From assembly GCA_012837155.1 (NCBI GenBank), contig CP051546.1, positions 897,404 through 961,403 on the forward strand: DNA of 64,000 nt, given 5' to 3'. A program made the position numbers and the translations under genes. This document shows positions 22,053 through 32,134 of the stretch, in pieces (the stretch's first letter is position 1; each line of letters opens with the position of its first letter). The DNA is from Flavobacterium sp. (GTDB lineage: Bacteria; Bacteroidota; Bacteroidia; Flavobacteriales; Flavobacteriaceae). Under the pieces are notes generated by a model, which saw only the letters and a program-made list of their open reading frames with translations, ran no database searches and was not told the origin of the DNA.

Positions 22053-22463
22053 TTATTTACTCGGTTTTATCAAAAGTACATTGCTGTATTTCTTTTTAAT
22101 GTCAATTAGAGCGTGTTCTGCTTCGATTCGGGTTCTAAAATTTCCGACCCAAACTTTATAATTAGGAGTGTTAAAAACAATCGTAGCGTCTGTATTACTG
22201 AAATTTTGTTTAAAGTCGCTTAAAGTTTTTTTTGCGTTAGCACTTCCACCATTATAAATTTGAATCTTATAGGAGTCATTTACGGTAAGTGAAGTGTTTA
22301 TCTTTCTTTTTTCGCTCAAGAGTTGTTCGAATTTTGAGTCTTGATTTAGTGTAACCTTTTGGTCTTGAGCATATAAATTAAAGCCCCAAGAGCATAACAT
22401 AACAAAGGGTAAAAAGATTTTTATTGATGTTGTCATTCTCATAATAAGATTGTTTTTATGCAA
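22053..22463 (-). CDS. SPOR-domain protein
   Basis: YKIQIY, PNYKVWVGNFRTRIEAE, plus signal peptide. The true start may be slightly downstream. Confidence 0.8.
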   Translation of the reverse strand: MHKNNLIMRMTTSIKIFLPFVMLCSWGFNLYAQDQKVTLNQDSKFEQLLSEKRKINTSLTVNDSYKIQIYNGGSANAKKTLSDFKQNFSNTDATIVFNTPNYKVWVGNFRTRIEAEHALIDIKKKYSNVLLIKPSK

Positions 22464-22658
22464 AAATAAGGTTTAATCTGTAAAACTAAATCGTCAAGGT
22501 TATTTAGAATTAATATAAATTATATTTAAGATTATTTTAGGGTTTTGAGAATAGTTCTTAAAGTGTATTTTTGTCGAATATTTTAAATAAAGTGATTTTT
22601 ATCCTATTTTAAATTTGGTAAAATTCATTTTCAATATTGTAGATAATCACTAAACTAT

Positions 22659-23980
22659 ATGAAAAAGGTGGGTTACCATAATTCGATTTCGAGGAAATTA
22701 TATTTAAGTTTAGCTTTAACACTAAGCTTATCATTAACTTCGTTTGCACAAAATGCAGCTCCAGCCGCAGCGGCAGCTCCAGCAGCTACCGTTACTCAAG
22801 GTGGCGATCCTGTAAAAGGGAAAGAAATTTTTAACACCAATTGTGCTGCTTGTCACAAGCTAGATGCAAAAGCAACTGGGCCTGCTCTTAGAGGTGTGGG
22901 AGACAGACACGAAAAAGCATGGTTTTATAAATGGATTCACAACAGTGCTGATTTAATTAAGTCTGGTGATGCTGCGGCAGTAAAACTTTTTGAAGAAAAC
23001 AATAAAATACCAATGACACCTTTCCCACAATTGTCGGAAGCGGATATTGATAATGTTATTGCTTATACCATGGAGGCAAAAGCCGCTGCTCCTGCACCAG
23101 TTCCTGGAACGAAACCACCAGGAGAAGAGACTGGCGGAGGAATATCAAACAATGTCATTCTTGGTGCGTTAGCATTAATCATGTCAATTTTGATTGTGAT
23201 GTTGTTTTTAGTGAACAAGGTTCTAAGAAAAGTGGCTGCGGCAAATGGAATCGCTGTTGCTCCAAAAGAACCAACTTTGCCCATCTGGAAGGCTTTTGCT
23301 AAAAATCAATTTTTAGTATTGATTACTTCGATATTCTTATTATTGGCGAGCGGATATTTTGTTTATGGTTACTTAATGCAAGTTGGGGTTGATCAAAACT
23401 ATTCTCCAGTTCAGCCGATTCATTTTTCACACAGAATTCATGCCGGAAGTAACGGGATTAATTGTAATTACTGCCACTCGGCGGCGCGTGTAAGTAAAAA
23501 TTCAGGAATTCCATCTCTGAATGTTTGTATGAATTGTCATAAAAACATTTCTGAAGTTTCAGATACTACTGCTACACCTGAGTTTTCAAAAGCGGCTTAC
23601 GATAAAGAAATCGAAAAATTATACACAGCAGTAGGTTGGGACAAAGCCAATCAAAATATACAGGAATTACTCAGCCAATCAAGTGGGTTCGTATTCATAA
23701 CATGCAAAGTTTTGTTTACTTTAATCACTCGCAACACGTGACTGTTGCTGGGGTTGAATGTCAAACGTGTCATGGGCCAGTTCAAACTTTTGAAGTTCAA
23801 AAACAATTTGCCAAAATGACCATGGGTTGGTGTATAGATTGCCATAGAAAAACCGAAGTTAAAATGGAAGGCAATGGCTATTATACCAAAATTCACGAGC
23901 AACTTTCCAAAAAATATGGTGTAGACAAGTTGACTGCAGCACAAATGGGCGGGTTAGAATGCGGTAAATGCCACTACTAA
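22659..23980 (+). CDS. actA: Alternative complex III multiheme cytochrome c ActA (frameshift at ~23653)
   Basis: Six CxxCH motifs (CAACH, CNYCH, CMNCH, CQTCH, CIDCH, CGKCH) across ORFs 22659-23741 and 23636-23980. The break is in an A run (expected NQKYTG). Confidence 0.9.
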
Positions 23981-24015
23981 AAATAATAATTAAGAAGCTA
24001 ATATTTATATAGAAT

Positions 24016-27000
24016 ATGTCATCAAACAAAAAATACTGGAAAAGTGTTGAAGAACTAGACAAAAATAGTTCTATTGTTGAGGCGCTTAGAAATAACGAAT
24101 TTGTTGAAGAAATTCCTACTGATGAATTTTTAGGAAATGGTGGTGCTTTATCATCGTCAGCTACAACACGTCGTGATTTTTTAAAGTACGTTGGGTTTAC
24201 CACAGCGGCAGCCACACTTGCAGCCTGCGAAGGCCCCGTGCATATGTCGATACCTTATGTGGTTCAACCAGAACAAATCATCCCTGGAATTGCAGATTAT
24301 TATGCAACTTCGGTTTTTGATGGTTTTGATTTTGCAAACCTTTTAGTAAAAACTCGTGAAGGGCGTCCTATTAAAATAGACAATAATACTATGCCTGGTG
24401 CAAAATTTGCGGCAAACGCTAGAATCCATGCATCCATATTGTCATTATATGATAGCATGCGTTTGAAAGAGCCAAAAATTGCTGGAAAAAATGCCACTTG
24501 GGTCGATGTTGATTCAAAGATAAAATCAAGTTTGACCGATGCTAAAGCAAAAGGAGGTCAAGTAGTTCTTTTGACCAATACTTTAGCGAGTCCATCTACA
24601 GAAAAGTTAATTGCCGAATTTATTGCTAATAACCCAACCGCAAAACATGTAGTTTATGATGCTGTTTCTTCATCAGAAGCATTAGATGCATTTGAAACGG
24701 TCTATGGCGAAAGAGCTTTGGTTGATTATGATTTTTCAAAAGCTTCGTTGATAGTTTCTGTTGGTGCTGATTTCCTTGGCGATTGGCAAGGAGGAAGTTA
24801 TGATTCAGGGTATGCTCAAGGCAGAATTCCTAAAAACGGAAAAATGTCACGTCATTTTCAGTTGGAATCAAATATGACTTTGTCTGGAGCGGCGGCTGAC
24901 AAGCGTTTAGCAATGTCAACTGCAAATCAAAAACAAGCATTAGTTCTTATATATAATACAGTTGTTGGAGCTTCGGTTCCAGTAACTTTAGATGCAAAAT
25001 TAAAGGCTGAAGTTTCAAAAGCGGCTCAGCAGTTAAAAGCTGCAGGAAGCAAAGGAGTTTTGGTTTCTGGAATTCAAGATAAAAATGCACAGTTGTTAGT
25101 TTTGGCTATCAATCAAGCATTGGCAAGTGAGTCTTTTTCGACTATTGGAACAAGACAAATAAGAAAAGGATCTAGCGAAAAAGTAGCGCAATTAGTAAAT
25201 GATATGAAAGCAGGAAGCGTTCATACCTTGATTATGAGCGGCGTTAATCCAGTTTATTCTTTGCCAAATTCAAAAGATTTTGTCGACGGATTGAAAAAAG
25301 TCAATCTTTCAGTTTCTTTCTCCTTGAGAGAAGACGAAACTGCTTCGATAACAACTATAGCTGCTGCCGTTCCTCATTATTTAGAGTCTTGGGGAGATTT
25401 GAGTATTACAAAAGGAACGTATGGTTTAACACAACCTACGATTCGTCCTTTATTTAATACCAAACAATTTCAAGAGGTGTTGATGTCTTTGAACGGAAGT
25501 GTTGGAAGCTATTATGATTATCTAAAAGCAAGTTCGGCATCAATAATTGCAGGTGCTACTTGGAATCAAGTATTGCATGATGGGATTTTTGTTGGAACAA
25601 TACCTTCAGTTTCTGCTGGCTCAGCTGATTATACCGCTGCTGCAAATACTTTAGCACAATCAAAAGCGGCACCAAGTTTAGAGTTGGTTTTATATACTAA
25701 AACGGGTCTAGGAGATGGGCAGCAAGCAAACAATCCTTGGTTGCAAGAGTTTCCGGATCCAATTACAAGAGTTTCTTGGGATAATTATGTTACTGTTTCG
25801 AATGCCGATGCTAAGTTGTTGCAATTGTCAAATGAAATTGTTGCTAATGGAGGTTTAAACGGAAGTTATGCTACCATTAAAACGGCTGATGGCCTTACAT
25901 TAGAAAATGTACCAGTAATTGTTCAGCCAGGACAAGCAGTTGGAACAGTAGGTTTGGCTTTGGGTTATGGTAAAAAAGCCGCCTTAAAAGAAGAAATGCA
26001 AGTAGGTTTAAATGCGTACTCCTTATATAAAGGGTTTAATAATGTGCAATCGGTTACATTGACAAAAGTTGATGGAGATCACGAATTTGCTTGTGTTCAG
26101 GGTCAAAAAACTTTGATGGGAAGAGGCGATATTATTAAAGAAACTACTTTAGAAATATTCAATACAAAAGATGCCGAGGTTTGGAATGAGCAACCAGTGG
26201 TTTCTTTAGATCATAAAGAGGTTAAAACAACTTCAGTAGATTTATGGGAGTCGTTTGATCGTTCAGTAGGACACCATTTCAATCTTTCGATAGATTTGAA
26301 TGCTTGTACAGGTTGTGGATCTTGCGTTATTGCTTGCCATGCAGAGAACAACGTTCCAGTAGTTGGAAAGTCTGAAGTGAGAAGAAGTCGTGATATGCAC
26401 TGGTTGCGTATTGACAGGTATTATTCTTCGGAAGAAACTTTTGCAGGCGATGACGAAAGAAAAGATAATATCGCAGGTTTGTCTAGTTCGCTTTCTACTT
26501 TTAGAGAAATGGAACAGGCATCGGATAATCCGCAGGTTTCTTTTCAACCTGTAATGTGTCAGCATTGTAATCACGCACCTTGTGAAACTGTTTGTCCCGT
26601 TGCGGCAACTTCGCACGGTCGTCAAGGTCAAAATATGATGGCGTATAACCGATGCGTTGGAACTCGTTATTGTGCCAATAACTGTCCGTATAAAGTACGT
26701 CGTTTTAACTGGTTCTTGTACAGTCAAAATAAAGAATTCGATTTCCACATGAATGACGATTTAGGTCGTATGGTCTTGAATCCAGATGTAGCTGTTCGTT
26801 CTCGTGGAGTTATGGAAAAATGTTCTATGTGTATTCAAAAAACACAAGCAACTATTTTGGCTGCTAAAAATGAAGGAAGAGAAATTGTTGATGGCGAATT
26901 TCAAACGGCTTGTTCTAGTGCTTGTACTACTGGGGCTATGATTTTTGGAGACGTTAACGACAAAGAAAGTCAAGTTGCCAAGTTAGCGCAAGAAGAGAGA

Positions 27001-27072
27001 GCGTATCATTTGTTAGAGCACATTGGAACTAAACCTAATGTTGTTTATCACGTTAAAGTTAGAAATACTTAA
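24016..27072 (+). CDS. actB: Alternative complex III ActB (TAT-variant molybdopterin-oxidoreductase-like + Fe-S domains)
   Basis: TRRDFLK Tat motif, KYWKS N-terminus, Fe-S motifs CTGCGSCVIAC, CQHCNHAPC, CVGTRYC, CSMC. Confidence 0.94.
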   Translation: MSSNKKYWKSVEELDKNSSIVEALRNNEFVEEIPTDEFLGNGGALSSSATTRRDFLKYVGFTTAAATLAACEGPVHMSIPYVVQPEQIIPGIADYYATSVFDGFDFANLLVKTREGRPIKIDNNTMPGAKFAANARIHASILSLYDSMRLKEPKIAGKNATWVDVDSKIKSSLTDAKAKGGQVVLLTNTLASPSTEKLIAEFIANNPTAKHVVYDAVSSSEALDAFETVYGERALVDYDFSKASLIVSVGADFLGDWQGGSYDSGYAQGRIPKNGKMSRHFQLESNMTLSGAAADKRLAMSTANQKQALVLIYNTVVGASVPVTLDAKLKAEVSKAAQQLKAAGSKGVLVSGIQDKNAQLLVLAINQALASESFSTIGTRQIRKGSSEKVAQLVNDMKAGSVHTLIMSGVNPVYSLPNSKDFVDGLKKVNLSVSFSLREDETASITTIAAAVPHYLESWGDLSITKGTYGLTQPTIRPLFNTKQFQEVLMSLNGSVGSYYDYLKASSASIIAGATWNQVLHDGIFVGTIPSVSAGSADYTAAANTLAQSKAAPSLELVLYTKTGLGDGQQANNPWLQEFPDPITRVSWDNYVTVSNADAKLLQLSNEIVANGGLNGSYATIKTADGLTLENVPVIVQPGQAVGTVGLALGYGKKAALKEEMQVGLNAYSLYKGFNNVQSVTLTKVDGDHEFACVQGQKTLMGRGDIIKETTLEIFNTKDAEVWNEQPVVSLDHKEVKTTSVDLWESFDRSVGHHFNLSIDLNACTGCGSCVIACHAENNVPVVGKSEVRRSRDMHWLRIDRYYSSEETFAGDDERKDNIAGLSSSLSTFREMEQASDNPQVSFQPVMCQHCNHAPCETVCPVAATSHGRQGQNMMAYNRCVGTRYCANNCPYKVRRFNWFLYSQNKEFDFHMNDDLGRMVLNPDVAVRSRGVMEKCSMCIQKTQATILAAKNEGREIVDGEFQTACSSACTTGAMIFGDVNDKESQVAKLAQEERAYHLLEHIGTKPNVVYHVKVRNT

Positions 27073-27099
27073 TAAATTTAAAAATCAATTTAAAGGATT

Positions 27100-28503
27100 A
27101 TGTCTCATATATACGACGCACCCATTAGAAAACCTTTAATCATAGGTGATAAATCTTATCACGATGTAACAGTAGAAGTTGCTGCGCCTGTCGAAGGGAA
27201 AGCGAACAAACAGTGGTGGATTGTATTTTCAATCGCATTGACAGCTTTTCTTTGGGGATTAGGCTGTATCATTTACACTATTTCTACTGGTATAGGAACT
27301 TGGGGATTAAACAAAACAGTTGGTTGGGCTTGGGATATTACTAACTTCGTTTGGTGGGTTGGTATTGGTCACGCAGGAACATTAATTTCGGCAGTACTTT
27401 TATTATTCCGACAAAGATGGAGAATGGGTATCAACCGTTCTGCTGAAGCCATGACTATTTTCTCGGTTATTCAAGCAGGTTTGTTTCCAATTATTCACAT
27501 GGGTCGTCCATGGTTGGCTTTTTGGGTAGTGCCAATCCCAAATCAATTTGGGTCACTTTGGGTAAACTTTAACTCTCCATTACTTTGGGACGTGTTTGCA
27601 ATTTCAACCTATCTTTCTGTTTCATTGGTTTTCTGGTGGACAGGTTTGTTACCCGATTTTGCTATGCTAAGAGATAGAGCGATTACTCCTTTTAATAAAA
27701 GAATTTACTCTATATTGAGTTTTGGTTGGAGTGGTAGAGCAAAAGATTGGCAGCGTTTTGAAGAAGTTTCATTAGTTCTTGCCGGTTTAGCAACTCCTCT
27801 TGTACTTTCTGTTCACACCATCGTATCGATGGACTTTGCTACCTCGGTAATTCCTGGTTGGCATACCACAATTTTCCCTCCTTACTTTGTTGCGGGAGCC
27901 GTTTTCTCTGGTTTTGCGATGGTAAATACCTTGCTTATTATTATGAGAAAAGTTTCTAATCTTGAAGCTTACATTACCCTTCAGCATATCGAGTTGATGA
28001 ATATCATCATCATGATTACAGGTTCTATTGTAGGGGTTGCTTATATTACTGAACTTTTTATTGCTTGGTATTCAGGAGTAGAATATGAGCAATATGCATT
28101 CTTAAATAGAGCTACTGGGCCTTATTGGTGGGCTTATTGGTCGATGATGACTTGCAACGTATTTTCTCCACAATTTATGTGGTTCAAAAAATTAAGAACA
28201 AGTATCATGTTCTCTTTCGTTATTTCTATTGTTGTAAATATTGGAATGTGGTTCGAAAGATTTGTAATTATTGTAACTTCGTTGCATAGAGATTACCTTC
28301 CGTCTTCATGGACGATGTTTTCGCCAACGTTTGTCGATATTGGAACTTTTATAGGAACAATAGGTTTTTTCTTTGTGTTGTTCTTGTTATATGCTCGAAC
28401 ATTCCCTGTGATAGCTCAGGCCGAAGTAAAAACAATATTGAAAGCAACAGGAGATAATTATATTAGAGAAAGAGAAGTAAATAAAGATTCACATCATGAG
28501 TAA
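27100..28503 (+). CDS. actC: Alternative complex III ActC (NrfD/PsrC family)
   Basis: WDITNFVWWVGIGHAGTLIS, HMGRPW. Confidence 0.94.
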   Translation: MSHIYDAPIRKPLIIGDKSYHDVTVEVAAPVEGKANKQWWIVFSIALTAFLWGLGCIIYTISTGIGTWGLNKTVGWAWDITNFVWWVGIGHAGTLISAVLLLFRQRWRMGINRSAEAMTIFSVIQAGLFPIIHMGRPWLAFWVVPIPNQFGSLWVNFNSPLLWDVFAISTYLSVSLVFWWTGLLPDFAMLRDRAITPFNKRIYSILSFGWSGRAKDWQRFEEVSLVLAGLATPLVLSVHTIVSMDFATSVIPGWHTTIFPPYFVAGAVFSGFAMVNTLLIIMRKVSNLEAYITLQHIELMNIIIMITGSIVGVAYITELFIAWYSGVEYEQYAFLNRATGPYWWAYWSMMTCNVFSPQFMWFKKLRTSIMFSFVISIVVNIGMWFERFVIIVTSLHRDYLPSSWTMFSPTFVDIGTFIGTIGFFFVLFLLYARTFPVIAQAEVKTILKATGDNYIREREVNKDSHHE

Positions 28504-29020
28504 TAAAGTAATACACGCCATTTATAATGACGATGATATATTGATGGATGCCGTTAAGAAAACCCGTGCGGCGCATCATCATATTGAAGAAGTTTTTACT
28601 CCATTTCCGGTTCACGGATTGGATAAAGCAATGGGGCTTGCGCCAACAAGATTAGCAATTTGTGCTTTTATCTATGGTTTGTGTGGTTTGTCCTTCGGAA
28701 CTTGGATGATGAACTATATAATGATTCAAGATTGGCCACAAGATATTGGTGGTAAACCAAGTTTTAGTTATATTCAAAACATGCCCTCTTTTGTGCCAAT
28801 TATGTTTGAAGAAACGGTGTTTTTTGCAGCACACTTAATGGTTATCACTTTTTATATGAGAAGTAAATTGTGGCCTTTCAAAGCAGCTGAAAACCCAGAT
28901 GTACGTACAACAGACGATCATTTCTTGATGGAAGTTGCGGTAAACAATAATGAAAATGAACTTGTTTCATTTTTAGAAAATACAGGAGCAGTAGAAGTAA
29001 AAGTAATTGAAAAGCACTAA
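28496..29020 (+). CDS. actD: Alternative complex III ActD (DUF3341)
   Basis: TPFPVHGLD, IGGKP, operon position. Confidence 0.9.
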   Translation: MSNKVIHAIYNDDDILMDAVKKTRAAHHHIEEVFTPFPVHGLDKAMGLAPTRLAICAFIYGLCGLSFGTWMMNYIMIQDWPQDIGGKPSFSYIQNMPSFVPIMFEETVFFAAHLMVITFYMRSKLWPFKAAENPDVRTTDDHFLMEVAVNNNENELVSFLENTGAVEVKVIEKH

Positions 29021-29027
29021 TAGGGAT

Positions 29028-29579
29028 ATGAAAAGCGTATATAAAATAGCACTTTTAGTAGGTATTACTATTTTGGTTTCATCTTGTAAAGATGATTCAA
29101 AACCAAATTATCAATACATGCCTAATATGTATGAGTCGGTAAGTTATAATACTTACTCTGAATCGAGTGCTTTCAAAAATGGCAAAGAAGGACAACTTCC
29201 GGTTGAAGGGACTATAAATAGAGGTTTTGAACCTTATGAATATCCGAATACTCCAGAAGCTTTAGTGGCAGTAAAGGCAGCAAATTTAAAATCGCCTCTT
29301 GGGCCATTATCTGCAAAAGATATGGAAAAAGCAAAAGGTCTTTTCGAAATTTATTGCGCAATATGTCATGGTGTTGGTGGTAATGGACAAGGAAAATTAG
29401 TTACTCAAGGTAAATTCTTAGGTGTTCCTAATTACAAAGACAGAGAAATTAATGAGGGAAGTATTTTTCATGTTGAAACTTACGGACTTAATTTAATGGG
29501 GTCGCATGCCAATCAATTGAGTAAAAAAGAACGTTGGTTAGTGGCAGCTTATGTGGTTGAACTAAAAAGTAAATTATAA
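29028..29579 (+). CDS. actE: Alternative complex III ActE monoheme cytochrome c lipoprotein
   Basis: Lipobox VSSC, YMPNMY, CAICH. ATG 29028 preferred. Confidence 0.9.
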   Translation: MKSVYKIALLVGITILVSSCKDDSKPNYQYMPNMYESVSYNTYSESSAFKNGKEGQLPVEGTINRGFEPYEYPNTPEALVAVKAANLKSPLGPLSAKDMEKAKGLFEIYCAICHGVGGNGQGKLVTQGKFLGVPNYKDREINEGSIFHVETYGLNLMGSHANQLSKKERWLVAAYVVELKSKL

Positions 29580-29606
29580 TTGTAGAACAAACTCATCGTA
29601 ATAGAT

Positions 29607-30935
29607 ATGTATACATTTTCAAGTAAATTAAAAACATTTTCTCTAATCTTAATGGTCGTTGGTCTTTTAGGAGTTGGATATGGTTTTTACTCTGCACCCA
29701 AAGATATTCAAGAAGTTGAGGCAATTCTTGCTTCTGATGCCCACGGAAGTCATCACGAAGGTTCTAATTCTTCAGCCGAAGCACATGCTGCTGCTGGAGA
29801 AAATAAAGTAAATGCCGAAACGGAACACAAAGAACATTTAGAACATGTTTTGAACCAACTTCAAAATAAACCATGGGCGGCGTTTTATGTTGCCTGTATT
29901 TTCTTCATGTTAATTTCTCTTGGTGTTTTAGTTTTTTATGCCATTCAGCAAGTAGCACAAGCAGGTTGGTCTCCAGTTTTGTTTCGAGTGATGCAAGGAA
30001 TTACGGCTTATTTGCCTGTGGGATCAATAATTTTCTTTATTGTTTTAATTCTTTGTGGTTTGCAGTATAATCATTTGTTTGTTTGGTTAAATCCTGAAGT
30101 TGTTGCGGCTGATAAACTAATTCAAGCAAAATCAGGTTATTTGAATTTTCCTTTTTGGATTATTAGAGCAGCCATATTTTTGATTGGATGGAATCTTTAT
30201 AGGTATTTTTCTAGAAAAAATTGCTTGGCACAAGATGCATCTAATGATGATAGTTTTTACAAAAAGAATTTCAATATATCTGCTGGATTTTTAGTGTTTT
30301 TTATTGTGACTGAATCGATTATGTCTTGGGACTGGATTATGTCAATTGATCCACATTGGGCGAGTACATTATTTGGATGGTATGTTTTTGCTAGTTTCTT
30401 TGTAAGTGCAATTACTACTATTTGTTTGATTACCTTATACCTGAAATCAAGAGGCTATTTAGAGCATGTTAACACGAGTCATATTCACGATTTGGCAAAA
30501 TTTATGTTTGGTTTTAGTGTTTTTTGGACTTACTTATGGTTTTCACAATTTATGCTAATTTGGTACGCTAACATTCCTGAAGAGATCACTTATTTTGTAA
30601 CAAGAATACAAGTGTATAACCTTCCATTCTTTGGTGCTGTTGCTATGAATTTCTTGTTTCCAATTCTGATTTTAATCAATACTGATTTCAAAAGAATCAC
30701 TTGGATATTGTTAATGGCAAGTACGGTTATATTGTTTGGTCATTATATTGATTTCTTCAATATGATTATGCCAGGAACAGTTGGCGATCAGTGGTTCATT
30801 GGAACTTCAGAAATAGGATCTTTACTTTTCTTCCTTGGATTATTCATATATGTTGTTTTCACAGCATTGACTAAAGTTCCTTTGTTAGCAAAAAGAAATC
30901 CGTTTATTGAAGAAAGTAAGCATTTTCATTATTAA
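29607..30935 (+). CDS. actF: Alternative complex III ActF membrane subunit
   Basis: WDWIMSIDPHW, QFMLIWYANIPEE. Confidence 0.9.
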   Translation: MYTFSSKLKTFSLILMVVGLLGVGYGFYSAPKDIQEVEAILASDAHGSHHEGSNSSAEAHAAAGENKVNAETEHKEHLEHVLNQLQNKPWAAFYVACIFFMLISLGVLVFYAIQQVAQAGWSPVLFRVMQGITAYLPVGSIIFFIVLILCGLQYNHLFVWLNPEVVAADKLIQAKSGYLNFPFWIIRAAIFLIGWNLYRYFSRKNCLAQDASNDDSFYKKNFNISAGFLVFFIVTESIMSWDWIMSIDPHWASTLFGWYVFASFFVSAITTICLITLYLKSRGYLEHVNTSHIHDLAKFMFGFSVFWTYLWFSQFMLIWYANIPEEITYFVTRIQVYNLPFFGAVAMNFLFPILILINTDFKRITWILLMASTVILFGHYIDFFNMIMPGTVGDQWFIGTSEIGSLLFFLGLFIYVVFTALTKVPLLAKRNPFIEESKHFHY

Positions 30936-30953
30936 TATTTAAAGTAAAATTAG

Positions 30954-32105
30954 ATGACAAGTTTGTTGGTAATTATAGTTTTAGTTCTGTTAGCTATTGC
31001 ATTATGGCAGTTGACTAAAATATTCGATTTGACTCAAGTAGGTAGCGCCGATAATTCGCAAATAGCCAATGATGGTGATAATAACACCCAAGGATATTTG
31101 ATGTTTGGTTTCTTAGCATTCATTTATATTTTCACCATTTACGGATTGTTTAAATGGGGACCATTAGTATTGCACACTCCAGCTTCAAAACACGGAGCGA
31201 CAATTGATAATTTGATGAATGTTACTTGGATATTAATATTTACTGTTCAAGCAATAACCCAAGTATTGTTGCATTATTTTGCATTCAAATACCGAGGGAA
31301 AAAAGACCAAAAGGCCTTGTATTTTTCTGACAGTACAAAACTAGAAGTGATTTGGAGTGGAATTCCTGCGGTTGTTTTAGCTGTTTTAATTCTTTTTGGA
31401 CTTTATGCTTGGACAAACATCATGTTTGTTGACGAAAGTGAAGATACAATTGTAGTTGAAGTTTATGCGCAACAATTCAAATGGACTGCTCGCTATTCAG
31501 GCGCCGATAATGTACTTGGTAAAGCCAATGTTAGATTAATTGAAGGGGTAAATTCACTTGGAGTTGATTTGTCTGATCCAAATGCTCAGGACGATATTGT
31601 GGTTTCTGAATTGCATATCCCAAAAGGGAAAAAGATACATTTCAAGTTTAGATCTCAAGATGTTTTGCACTCTGCTTATTTTCCTTATTTCAGAGCACAA
31701 ATGAATTGCGTTCCTGGAATGGTTACCGAGTTTGCTTTTGAACCCATTTATACTACTGCAGAATATAGAGAATTGCCTTATATGATTGAGAAAGTGGCGG
31801 CTATTAATGCAATTAGAGCTAAAAAAAGTATAGAACTTGTTGCTAAAGGAGAAACGGCTCTAGATCCTTATACATTCGACTATTTGTTGCTTTGTAATAA
31901 AATATGTGGAGCATCTCACTACAATATGCAAATGAAAGTTATTGTTGACACACCAGAAGATTATAAAAAATGGTTAAGTGAGCAAGCTACTTTAGTGCAA
32001 CAAGTTAAGGCTGCTAATGCGCCTAAACCAGTTGAAGGTGCTACAGGAATAGACTCTACAAAAACGAAAGATACTACAGCTGTTGTGAAAATAGCAATGA
32101 AATAA
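30954..32105 (+). CDS. coxB: Cytochrome c oxidase subunit II
   Basis: DVLHS and the CuA motif CNKICGASHYNM. Confidence 0.93.
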   Translation: MTSLLVIIVLVLLAIALWQLTKIFDLTQVGSADNSQIANDGDNNTQGYLMFGFLAFIYIFTIYGLFKWGPLVLHTPASKHGATIDNLMNVTWILIFTVQAITQVLLHYFAFKYRGKKDQKALYFSDSTKLEVIWSGIPAVVLAVLILFGLYAWTNIMFVDESEDTIVVEVYAQQFKWTARYSGADNVLGKANVRLIEGVNSLGVDLSDPNAQDDIVVSELHIPKGKKIHFKFRSQDVLHSAYFPYFRAQMNCVPGMVTEFAFEPIYTTAEYRELPYMIEKVAAINAIRAKKSIELVAKGETALDPYTFDYLLLCNKICGASHYNMQMKVIVDTPEDYKKWLSEQATLVQQVKAANAPKPVEGATGIDSTKTKDTTAVVKIAMK

Positions 32106-32134
32106 TTATTTAAGAAAATTTAAAGTATAAAGAT

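Noticed and set aside
22659-23980. actA as a true pseudogene or split gene
   Set aside because: Single-base loss in an A run within an otherwise intact respiratory operon; most likely a sequencing error.
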